A stretch of 64,000 nucleotides of DNA. Origin: Balanoglossus misakiensis (lineage: Eukaryota > Animalia > Hemichordata). Location: positions 9,847,625-9,911,624 of the forward strand of contig CM082579.2 in NCBI GenBank assembly GCA_040954595.2, in the 5' to 3' direction. This document shows positions 37,555 to 50,000 of this stretch, one piece after another. Positions within the stretch are counted from its first letter, which is position 1, and the number at the start of each line of letters is the position of its first letter. The notes under the pieces were generated by a model. That model was not told the DNA's origin and made no database searches. It saw only the letters and a list, made by a program, of their open reading frames with translations. Both the position numbers and the translations under genes were made by a program.

Positions 37555-40500
37555 ATGGCGACTCAAGGTATTCCACAGGTATGAAGCACATTTGTTCGGG
37601 TTTTCTAAGTTAGCTTTTTGTTCACAGGTCGAGGATATTAACATCACTGACAAGCATGTTTCTGTATACACTTTTTCTCTTGATCTCTCGGACAGCTCTA
37701 TAGTACAGACTAGGATGGTGGTCAGCTGCGCTAACGTATTCGCGCACGTTTTGTGATATTTTCATAGAACCCTGTCATTATTCACCTGACACCGTTCTGA
37801 TTGCTTCAAATGCATTGCAAGTCCACATTTCCCCCGGCGATGTCAAGGCGCCAGTACGCTTGACGCAGACTGCCTGAAAAAACAACCCGTCATGATGCAT
37901 CGAGGTCGTGAGAGTAACACGAGAAAAGTGACCCAATTCAGGGCTAGGATTGCCACAACAACAACAACAGCGATAAGCGCTGACAAAGTCCCATGCCTCT
38001 GTCTGCAAGTCCCATTGTCATTCATCGTTTATTTATTACTTACAAGTCAGTGATATACGCCTACAGTCACCTTCAGCTATACCAAGTACCGACTGATGTG
38101 ACTGACTGCGGTCGAACAAAGTTCACAGTGGTATAACCACTGATCAGTAAAATTCAATTTCTTTCAGTCGCCCGCGTACGATGAGGGAGGCACAGAACCA
38201 AAAGAGAAGGTACATCTTAAACCGGCGCTGTCAAAATCCTACAGTGGAGGAGACGGGGAGAAAAGTACCGAGGCTGCTGAAGGGAAAGTGTATGTCTACA
38301 CATCCCGGCAAACCTGCGTTGTCGCTACCCTATTCTTCTGTCTCCTTTGCGCCGCAGTTGTCATGGCAGCGGTTCTGATACGTAAGCTCTTATTGTTCAT
38401 TGCTTTTAACGTGCAAGCTATACATGTTGACGATAGACACATGCATGTACAACAGTGACCTAAAGGCAGCAAACAATTTCTTTTTATCTCTCTTCTGACC
38501 GCACGCTAGAAGGCTTGATCTGCTTGTTTGGACCATGATGACAAATTTCTTGTTCAGAATTAAAAATTTTCGATACTCTTTAAGGTCAAAGTGGATGTGG
38601 AACTCCAGCACGGAAACCACCTCATATTATATTCTTCCTGGCGGATGACTTAGGTGAGTACTACGTGATAAAATGTAAAATTTATCGCACACGCTGCGTA
38701 ATTGTTCTCGCGAGACACAGTTAATGACCAAGCTCCTAAGTAATGGTGTGTCAGATTCATTTCTGGACAAAGATAAAGTTAAAATCTAGCATTATTCCTT
38801 AATTTGTCAGTTCCAGTCATTTTGCCACTGCTTGTGTACTGCGTGGTCGTTTAGTGAATCTGATTACAAACAACAACAACAACAACAACAGCAGCAGCAG
38901 CAGCAGCAGCAACAACAACAACAGCAGCAGCAGCAGCAGCAACAATAACAACAACAACAACAAAATCAAATATACTCATCATTAAGTACTTGTACTTCCT
39001 CGCTTAATTACTCCATTGCAGGTTGGTACGACGTCGGTTACCATAATCCGGAAATGTGTACACCGAACATGGACAGGCTCGCCTCCGAGGGCGTTATCTT
39101 CGATCAAGCATACGCTCAACCACAGTGTTCTCCGTAAGACGAAACGTACTGACCTAAACAGCGGTTCATTTCTACAGATTGCGGTGTCTTTCAACGACAC
39201 TCACGATCGTGTCAATTAGATGGAGGCATTTTTGCTGCTCAGATGTGTGAAGTTGACGCGTGACTTTTTAGAAGTTGGCCGCAGTGGGCGTGTCAGCATG
39301 AACGCGCGGCAAACCATTCCCTTACCAACACAGATATGGGAAAAATTTTCCCATTATGGAGATTTGTCTGATAGATCAAATGAATGTTTGAACATAAATA
39401 CAGTACGTTTCTTTGTCAAAAAATGTCAGTGTAACAGACTGCTATTAATTTCCACTTGAAATTCCGCCCCTGGCAAATGGGAGTTTTTTGACGTTGATTT
39501 GATTTCTTCGCTCTTTAGGAGTCGTTCATCTCTGATGAGTGGGTATTATCCCTTCAGAACAGGAATGCAGGTAAAGAAACAAGGATGCTAGAGTTAAGTA
39601 GACGTGGCCACAGAGGCTTCTGTGCGTTCAGCCTGTACTTTGGTACCGGCGGGGATTTTGTCATCGGAAATGATAATTTCATTCGCGAATGAACTGCTAT
39701 TCTCAACAAAAATAACACCACTTCTGAGTTTACATAATGATGAGGTGTTTATATATAAGCTTACATGTTATTCACACAAAACTGCGAGATTTGTGTCATT
39801 TTCAATTCACAAGAGCACCGATAATATGAAAGCCTTTATAGTGACACTTAATTTGCTTTATTCCTTAGCACCACGTTATTCAACCGTTATCTCCCTACGG
39901 TCTCCCTACTGACTTGACTCTTCTGCCACAGGCACTCAAACCTCTGGGCTACAATACTCACATGATAGGAAAGTAAGTATGCCAGTTAAATGTGACATTC
40001 TCATCCCCGGGAAGCTATAGTCAATGGTGCACCGTCATGGAGTGCCTATACCAGCACCAAAGTTGATGGTGGCCTACGACTGGCCACTGCAGGGAGGTGA
40101 CAGACAAATGTACATGCATTAATTCAAGTGTTACCTCTCCTGTTTATCACATTTATAGGTGGCATTTAGGAATGTGCAAGGAAGCCTATTTACCATTTTA
40201 TCGTGGTTTTGACTCGTACTACGGTTTTCTGAACAGCTACATTACATACTATGACCATACAAACCAAGACGTCGCCGGATTTTTTGCACAGGGTAAGATA
40301 GTCATGGAATACAATTTACATACGCATGCCCAGTTACTGTTAAAGGTGATCTTCTGTTGAAAATATGTTGGCGCACACAGTCACCGTTTTGATCATGTAA
40401 CCTGGTAAAAACCTCTCATACGATCGTATCCAAACACATTTTCACCCAAGAAAAACAAGAAGTGGCAAAATTACACAAATAAAAATGAGGAGAAAGTAAG

Positions 40501-41600
40501 AAAAAAACTGACGAAGTACAAATTTCAGTACGGCACTGAAGTACTGAAATAGGCCAAAGTACACGTATACATGTCCTTTTAACCTAATACCTACTCTTGC
40601 TTGCAGGCTCTAAACCTTATAGTGGCTATGATTTCTGGGATAATAGCGGCATGGTACTGGACAACACTACACACATCAGCGTGAGTTTTACATTTCAATG
40701 TCATATGTACTCCATCAAATATACTACTTGACACGTGTATTTTGTGGCACTGAGCGCAAGTCACCTTTGCTCTAGAAATACAGTTTCTCACGCATAGCCC
40801 ATCATCTGTGCACTGAGAGTTCAAGAAAGTAACATACCATACCTGTTACTTGCACAATCTTGATTTTGATTGAACGACATGTTGCTCGTTGTTTATGTTG
40901 CAGTACTTGCTGAGCAAGAGAGCCGAAGAATTGATTGACAAACACAACAAAGACACGCCGATGTTTCTATACTACTCTTCCCCTCTGCCTCACTTCCTAT
41001 TAGAAGTAAGTCTTGATCAACGCTATCCCTGTTTGTGCTTCTGACTAAATATGTCACTAATCACATTCGGACATCAGTCAAATTAAGAAACATTGGCTTC
41101 AAATGGGTTTACGTTTTTGCAGGTACCAGAGGAGTACGAAAACCTATATGCTGACAACAGAAACAGGAATAGAAGAAAATACAGCGGTAAGAGCGTGTCC
41201 AAATAAAGGGCATATTAGAGTTATGTGCTGTTATATACACGTGCATGGTTTCTTGCAGAGAGGAGAAGCATACATATACTGATGTGTCAGTTTGCCTTTC
41301 ATATAGCGCGTGTGTGTGCCCGCGCGTATGGACGGATGGTTGGATGGATCATGGATGGAATTAAATATGTATGTTTTAAAGAGGGATACAGCATAGTTCT
41401 AGAGTATTCTTCTTTCCTATCTAGGTATGGTGTCCATGATGGATGAGATCATTGGCAATGTAACCAATAAACTTAAAGAAAACGGAATGTGGGAAAACAC
41501 TCTCTTTGTGTTCATGAGTGACGTGAGTAAATGCTTTGCAGTAAAGCTTTAATATTCCTGCGCATGAATTTTGCAGTTCTCGCATAGAAGGCCGACAGAC

Positions 41601-41632
<32 letters not shown>

Positions 41633-41633
41633 C

Positions 41634-41667
<34 letters not shown>

Positions 41668-43841
41668 TAGATCAAACAGTTCAGACCAAAGTTTTAAATA
41701 CAGAATCACCAGCTCAAGTTATTTTCAGAATGGTGGTGGTCCTACTTTTGGTGGTTATAACTACCCTTTGCGAGGTGCCAAGACAACGCTGTTTGAAGGA
41801 GGTACACGGGTTATTACCTTCGCCGCTGGGGGCGCGCTTGAGAAGACAGGCTACGTCAATGATGGGTTAGTGAGCCTTGATGACAGTTCATTTTCTACAC
41901 TCGACTGTTTTCTTTTTACTCAATGTATTAAAGAAACACATAAAATTGCATACCTAATGATCAAATGGGGCGTCTGTGTCTGTTACAGTCTTATCCACAT
42001 AACAGATTGGTATCCAACGTTTGTTTCTTTGGCCGGCGGGACTCCAGGTATAGTTGGTCGTCAATTACTTTGCTCTTCTCTGTAAGATAAGTTCATGTAA
42101 TTCTGAGTATGCTAGCATAAGCTGAAAGAACACAGCCCAGTTGGAAGTGAAAAAAAAACCCGCAGCTATGCAAATTCTGATACGGTTACCATGACAAGTT
42201 GTGATGTAGCCAATGACAAGTTTTCATTTTGTGGTCTCGTGAAAAATGTACACCATCAAGTGGTCATTCGAAGATTTTGACCAACTCCTTTAACCATACA
42301 TGTACATGAACATTAGCATATGGAAATTAGATCGTATGCCTTTAACTGGAGGCACACAGACTGCCCTCAAGGCCATAGTCGATGCTGCACAAATCATGGC
42401 GTCGTTTTTGTTTGTGATTATTACTAAGTACAGACCAGAATATGGACGGAAAGAATGTATGGGATAGTATATCAAAGGGAAAGAAATCTCCCAGAGACGA
42501 AATAGTCTACAACATTGTGACCGAAATGCCCACCAGAGGCGCTGCAATAAGGTATCTATAGATTTACATAATTAGGAGACCCTTTTATGGAACATATACC
42601 ACGTGTGCACCATACATTGAATTGTCGCACGAAGCTGAATCAACTGCGAGGGGAACTTGCCAGTGTTTGTGAGGGAGACAAAATCTACACATTTCTGTCA
42701 ATTACATACATTGTACTTTGTTTGAATTTCAGAGTTGGTGATTGGAAACTTATAGATGGAAATCATCAAACAGCTTATCCCTATGTTTATGCCCAAGGTA
42801 ATGTTAACACTTGGTTTCCACGGCAAATTGTATATACAAGAGCGTGCAGTATGTAGCCTAGTCTGGTCCCCTGTCCCATTTCCGCCGCTGTCTGTACCAC
42901 AAGGAAAGAGTTAGGTATTAACGCACTAGACCTACTATGTGTTTCAAAAAGGACAGCTTTCTCTCAAATTGAGTCGTGTTACGTTTATCTGTAAAGTGGG
43001 TTTGAGCACATCGTACAGGAATCCGGATTCATCTTACAGTGCACACTTATCTCATAATAAAATAAAGTCAAGTATAATAATATAGGCCGCCTTTACAAAT
43101 ATTCGTAACTATATGCCAACGTTACGTCATATTTAACGTTTTAGATGGATGGTATCAGCCACCCACTGAAGACAACCAGACGGTTGTTCCCCCTTCGTAT
43201 GTTCCAGGCGTCGGTCGAAACCCCCCACCAGTCCCGAATGTCCAATATCTATTCAACCTAAGAGGTAAAGTTGCAGTACGTCTTCTCTGGCTAAGATGAT
43301 CTTTTATGCCGCAACGGCCAATTCACTCTTTTATGCCGCAACGGCCAATTCACTAGTATGTGTACAAATGTGCTACATGTTATGTCGGTCAAAATATAGT
43401 ACTGCGTTATGCTATGTCGACTGTAATATAAGCTCACGGGTAAATACTCAAGTCAGCCGACGTGAGTAACGCGGCTGTATTTCGACGAGACGTGTAAGAG
43501 TGTCTTTATCATACGTACCTACCCACCTGCCTATCCACCCCACCCAACTACTTTATATTTTTACCTCTTCTATGAAATTAATTGTTCGTCTTTGATAAAA
43601 TTTACGCGTGTTATAGTTTATAGATACAAATTAACACAAACTTATTTTACCACTTCCAACGTATGCAGATGATCCGAATGAACATCACGATCTATCAGCT
43701 AAGGAGCCAGAGAAAGTCGCTGAGCTAAAAGCCCGCCTGAACGATCATCGAAGCCGCGCTGTTCCCGCGCTTCATCCACCGCCTAATTTTGAAGCTGATC
43801 CCGCGCTAACAGACGGGGTCTGGAGGACAGGCTTTTGTTGA
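37555..43841 (+). CDS. Arylsulfatase B/I/J-like sulfatase, about 17 coding exons, with predicted N-terminal transmembrane anchor
   Basis: Exons 37555-37578, 38168-38381, 38585-38653 ([12 protein letters not shown]), 39022-39133 + 39519-39570 (CSPSR formylglycine motif, SLMSGYYP), 39869-39972 + 40159-40292 ([13 protein letters not shown]), then exons starting near 40608, 40904, 41123, 41425 + 41729 ([18 protein letters not shown]), 41989 (HITDWYPT), 42434, 42733 (GDWKLI), 43145, and 43669-43841 (DPNE..TGA). AATAAA at 44128. Confidence 0.9.
38869..38963. repeat. (CAA/CAG)n microsatellite, intronic
   Basis: Seen directly; lies between sulfatase exons 3 and 4. Confidence 0.9.
41594..41670. repeat. 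(GACA)n microsatellite, intronic
   Basis: Seen directly in the sequence. Confidence 0.9.
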
Positions 43842-45167
43842 TCGTTACCAATGTTTGAAACGTAAATTAATCTGACAGAGAACGATCCTAAAAACCTTCC
43901 AGAAAACTTTAACAAACAACTACACATTTAAAAATACTTCTAACATATCAGGTCGATAGTGCCATCAAAATAGTGATACACAGTCAGCCATAGGAAGTTG
44001 CGAACCGATTTCAGTACTGAAAACAACTTATTGTGGTCGCTGTGTCTCGTATAATTTTGTTGCAAAAAGAGACTCGAAAGAGATCAACTCTCTGAAACAA
44101 TGTCATATGTTTTCTGTATGCTCTGAAAATAAAATACAAATTGACATATCACATTTTGTTGTGATTTTCATCTTCATTCATGTCATAATTGTCTGATTTA
44201 TCACAGAATTTGGTGATGTCATTATCATAAGGTCACTATGTGTGTATATGTGTGTGTTTACATCACGATTTATCAAGAACGACTGAACAGATTCAACTCA
44301 AATTTGGTACAAAAGTTTTAGAATGGCAAGAACTGATTAGATTTTGGTGTTACTTGCATAGCAATGAATATTATCAGAGTTTTCATGTTTCGGCAACAGG
44401 AGATAGCATTGTCATATACAGAGAATTACTGCACCAAATTTGATGGAACCGTCTTTGGATGGCAATCTCAGTACATGTATAGGTTATGACGGTACCTGTG
44501 TGTCCTGTCAATTATCTGCTCATTTGCATATTTAATGAACTTAGTGAAATTAGTGCTATATATTTTTGCAGATTTAACTGTAAATTGCTGGCATGTCGTT
44601 GTGTGTGGATCTCTCCGCCCCCTCCTCGACAGCAAAAACTTGACAACCGCCCGGCACATGCACCTTTTGTATTGGATTGACGCACACTTGTGGCATTTTG
44701 TTGAAATGAGGTTTCAAGACACAATGTGAATATTGTCAAAGTAATACATTAACTTCTAGAGGGACAGCTTTGAGAATTGGCAGTTTCAAGTAGTAAGATA
44801 AAGACAAACCTGTGGTCAAACAATGCAAACACCATCAGGTGAGTGTGTGGACACAAAATGCCTGTATGCAAACCCATTTGCATTGCTAAAATCTGATAAA
44901 ATACGAGTTATAAAAAGCTGCCAAGGAGTGTATCTCACGTGTCGATCAAATCTTGTTAGTATGTACACATTTGAGTTAAATTGTTTAAGGTCAATTTACA
45001 GCTATTCAATTAGGTCAATTTTTCGGTGTTGGCCATTTCCCTCAAAATGGAGCGACGGCACCATTTTAAAAAATCATGCAGTCAGTGTCAATGTACTATC
45101 AATGCTAATTGTTTTTCAATACCGCAATCTCTTGATTCTCTGATGTGATTTGGTATTTTTATTCTAG

Positions 45168-45700
45168 AAAGAGGAGTACTTCAATTGGAGAGTACAGACA
45201 CCAGAATAGAGGCCTTAGTGGACGTTCCTTCTCTCACGGGTCTGACTGCTTGCATCCGGGTAAAACCTCTATTAGCCGGCAGACAATCGTGTGCGGTGTC
45301 CCTCGGAAAAGACTTTCTATTTTATAACACAGGACTTTGTCTTATTTCGAGTGATGATGACGACGTCGACGGTGAATGGCGCCATTTATGTACTGTCTGG
45401 TATGTGGCCACAGGGAAAATGAAACGTTACATCAACGGCACGTTGTCTACAACAGCTACAGGTCTAAAGCGTGACCCACTTTTAGCTGGTCACGGTGGCT
45501 CTCCCATGTTAGGACAAGACCACCGAGACCAACGTCGATTCCTCGGTAGCCTGACAGAGTTCAACATGTGGTCCAGAGTTCTTAGTGACGACAAGATTGC
45601 CAGAAGCAGAAAGTAATAGATTCAGTGGCGGTGACATCTTTGCGTGGCATAAATCCCCGCTCGATATAACGGGCGACGTGTCCGAGAGATGTGTTCACCT
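45168..45700 (+). pseudogene. Pentraxin/LamG-like domain exon with a frameshift
   Basis: Motifs PSLTGLTACIRV, DGEWRHLCTVW (HxCxxW pentraxin signature), YING, LGQD and FLGSLTEFNMWSRVLS. The frame closes at 45616, while the expected tail (GGDIFAW...ITGDV) continues in another frame to a GTAAG donor at about 45700. Confidence 0.7.
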
Positions 45701-47090
45701 GTAAGGTCGTTCGAAATTCAGTGTTCTAATTGTAAGTATACCTTATTGTTGATGCTTCGGTCAAGTTGTCCTTTGGGAAAGACTGATGAGAAAACTCGGC
45801 TCAAGAGGAATCGATGTAAACTTCCCCCGTGTAAAATAATTGAAGGAGAGTCACAATGTAAACATAATTTTTAGTCGCACGTCATTTTGTTTGTTCGAAT
45901 TCGAATGTCAAAACGACATCAAGATTGTTTATACTCATACATTTGCAATAATGAGAAAAAATCAAAAACCTAAAAAAAGCAAAAAAGTGCCAACTGACAA
46001 ACAAAACAAATAATAAAAACTATCTGACAAAAAAAATCATGAGATAAGCGTACATATATCTTTGGTTTAGCACAAACTAATCTAATAAACCAATACACCA
46101 CCACGAGACCCTGCTTCCCCTCTCTTTCGGCAAACAACACATGGTGTAACTGTTATTAAGCAGCGCAAACATTTAAATATAACGCATGATTGAAATATAA
46201 CACACCTCGGGCTGGTGCTCTCTGAGATCACCCTCCCAAGTGCAGGCTTCAAATCATGTTGTCACGCGCATAACAAGTGTGACAATGACATTCAGCCAAG
46301 ATGACTGTAGACCTACTCAGGCTACAAGTATACATACTGGATTGATTGACTCGTACTTTTGTAATTCAATGCAGGTGACTAACCCAAGCGGTCCATTGGA
46401 CTCCATTAGATGGGATTCGTATGAATTAACAGGCTACACGGTCAACTTGGTGGTGAAGTCATTACCAACTAAAATACAAGGGTTACTCACGGAAGTTGAA
46501 TTCGAAATGAGTGCTCTTCTTCGCTTTCGTATTTAGTCACAGTGTTACTATTATTGGCACGACCGCTGTTTTCTGCGCGCCTTTTTGACAACTGCTTCAT
46601 TATACAAAGAATCGACAATTCTTCACTAAATTTGTTGGCAAACGATCTTTGACATTTTGCTCGCATAATTATAACTTAGAAATAATTGTGTTTGTTACCT
46701 GTCGTGCTACTCATACTTCGCCATAACTTTTACCAAATTGAAATGAAAATGATTCGACGCTATCGTCATGACTTTGAATCATTTGTGAACTTTTTGCAAT
46801 TAAAGTCAAACAAAATTAAGAATGCGTAATGTTTTTGTGAAAAGAAAACGAGAGGGAACCAATAAAGTTTTATATGCAAATCTGGGTAATGCTTTCCTTC
46901 ATTCATACCAGATCAATCTTGCTTTATTGTATAATCCATGTCATATATTTTCTACATGATCTACATGTATCGAAATACCCTGTGATAGTAAAAGGCGAAT
47001 TGTAAATATTTATGAATACTTCGGGAGCTGCGCAAGCGCAGATTCCATTTGTTCATTGAAATCACACTGGGTAGATATAGAGCCTCGGGT

Positions 47091-50000
47091 CTACGAGACG
47101 ATGGTCTTGCTGTGATCCGGCTGTTCCTCCTGCAGCTTGTCGGCCTCGTCGTTCCTTCCCAGCGTCTGCAGTATAATGATGACGTCTTCGCGAGAGCGGA
47201 CTACAGTTGGGTGCAGCGGGCCCAGCAGAGTTTCCAAAATGTTCAGCTCCTTCTCGTAGAGCCCCAGGCACGGCACCATGTAGGTCGCCCAGTCTGGGTC
47301 CATTTGCTGGCTCCACCGGTTCCAGTAGAGCTGGCCGTACAACTGATTGCAGCGGGCTGTGCACTGGTGGTATTCTCCGAACTCAGACAGGCAGAGCTTC
47401 AACGCCTCTTCGTACATGTCCTTCGATTTATTGAAAGCTGGAAGAACAAAGCGAATACTTGCGTGTTATTGCTTCTTACTGTATAGGGCCATTCATGGCC
47501 TTACCCCGGATACATATCAGACATGGTTAATCGATATACCCCTTCACGCAGCTTAAGGTCTCAGAAAAAGAACCTTCTGGCAATAACACATTACAAACAA
47601 GTCAACTATGGGGGACGTGCATTTTCTTATGCTGCTCCAAAGTTCTGGAACTCACTACCTGATGACATTCGTTTAGCTACCAGTCTAGAAACTGAAGACT
47701 CACTTGTTTAAAACAGCTTACAGTGTGTAAACCATCGGGCGCCACTGAACAGTACATCTGGATATTGGCGCCATATAAATGTTTTTGATTGATTGATTAT
47801 ATGATGAGAAAAGGCCAGTTCCCACTGCTGGAACGCAGTATGTGGATGGCGTTTTTTCTACTAATACTGTAACGGAAATTTATATGTCGGACTGAGGTCC
47901 AAATATTGTCAAGGTTTAGTGAATGACGAACCTTGGACGAAACAGACAACTCAAAGGTAGCGTAAACGTAGCACGATCGAGCCTTGACGGCGTAGACCGG
48001 TCCGTTACAAGTCCTGGTTCGATATACCTTGCACACGGCAGAACGTGCGCTAAGAGATGTGCTGAAAAGACCGACCAACCGACCTGAGCGTTGCGCTAAC
48101 ACAAATAACAAGAAAAAACCTCGGAATTACGATCCGACCTTTCAGAGGTAACAGACAAAGTGTTCCAACAAGCGTGGAGAAAGGTTTGAACGAAAATATA
48201 AGAAAGATAGAGGTAAAGTACGAATTCAGATCACCACAGCCGAGAGCACGATTTTCACAGTTCAACCGCCATGTCTCGTCTCTTGGATGTTAAGGGAAGT
48301 CACCATACATGCAACAAGCCCACGTGATACAAGCTCCGCCCCCAATTGTTGAAAATTGAAAGTTTCTCCTGCTACAGGGTGTCTCAGTCTGAGAATTAGG
48401 GAAAAGACGCATTCGTTGAGATATGAGTCTTGTGTACGGCATTGCCACAAGCCGAATCATACAGCCCATAAAGCATGTACTGGTTTATGGTAACTTAAAG
48501 GTATACGGTCACCTCCAATTTACATATCGCCATATATAGTTGAAATGGCGTATTTGAGTGTTCTAAAGAACGCTTTATTTTCGCGTGTGCCACCCACTGA
48601 AAATCTGTGATTGGTTAGATCTCGATTTACCATGGTAACTGTGGCTAAATTTGTACAGGTGACCGTATACCTTTAAGTGTAACACGACTTAAACTATTTA
48701 CGAGCAGAGAGTGTCATGCGAACACAGTTTGAACTATGCTTATAAACTAAGAACCAACTATATATTTTCAAATGTGATATATGAGATAAAAGAACATGGC
48801 TCACATGAATCATACTGGAACTTTTCAGCGTGCATGTATAAAGTCTGTGCTAACCCCCTCTTGTCACCCGTCTGTGTGTATATTGCCTTGGCCTTTTCGT
48901 AGTAAGTCTCGCTCAGGAAGTAGCCACAGTAGAGATAAAACTGCCCAAGAGATTCATCGTCGTCGGCAACGTCCTGTTTCTTGTATGCCTGCGAATACAA
49001 ATGATATAATTTCAGAGATGACACCACAGGTACAAATTGTTTCGAACTAGTGGCATGTTTCCACGCGAGGTCCGCACAAACATGCATGTAAGTACAACAG
49101 TGCCGCCAAATTCGGTAGAGGACCAGGAGTCAATGATGTAATAAAGCAATGAACCCCACGACGGAGGCAGGGGTATACACGATATTTTGGCACAGTTCGA
49201 GACATAAAGCACGAGCCGACATGACACGAGCTGAGTGAATACCCGACTTCAGCGAAGGTTATTGCTATTAATATGTCTATGCCATCGTAATCCGATTCTC
49301 TGGTTATTTATATGCCTGAAAACTCAAGACGCACTGTCGAGAAATACGTTGTCAGAAATTTGGGGCCTGGGACCGAACATATTTTGATGACTGACTCGCA
49401 GCCAACACACAAATTTGTGTATATAACTTTCCGTACTATGCTATTTCAGGGGCCCGTTTTACCACTTAGCAAGGCATGCTAAAACAGTATTTTAGCATCG
49501 TTGTTGTCCAATCAGAATGGCGGATGGTATATATGTTATGATAATAACTTTCAAAGTATACATACTTCCAGACACTTTCCTGCATATTCTGCACCAAGTC
49601 GACAACATTTTCTGTACCCAGGATGCGACCCGTAGACGAATTTAATAGCTGTGAAGAATCATACAGAAAGTCGCCACATAAACATAATGTATGTATGTAT
49701 GTATGTATGTATGTATGTATGTATGTATGTATGTATGTATGTATGTATGTATGTATGTATGTATGTATGTATGTATGTATGTATGTATGTATGTATGTAT
49801 GTATGTATGTATGTATGTATGTATGTATGTATGTATGTATGTATGTATGTGTGTGTGTATATATGTCTGTCTGTCTGTCTGTCTGTCTGTCTGAACGTAC
49901 AAGTGGTATCTCCATAAAGTACCAAATCCAATAGTACTTGACGACTGAAAGATTCATGATATAGTTTCCAATGGTCAGTTTGTTAGGACAGTCTATTTGA

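Noticed and set aside
38869-38963. Polyglutamine-like CAG/CAA tract
   Set aside because: It lies in an intron; the flanking exons join in frame without it.
47800-48250. GC-richer intronic stretch considered as a SINE, tRNA or ncRNA
   Set aside because: No cloverleaf, A/B boxes or terminal repeats could be supported by eye.
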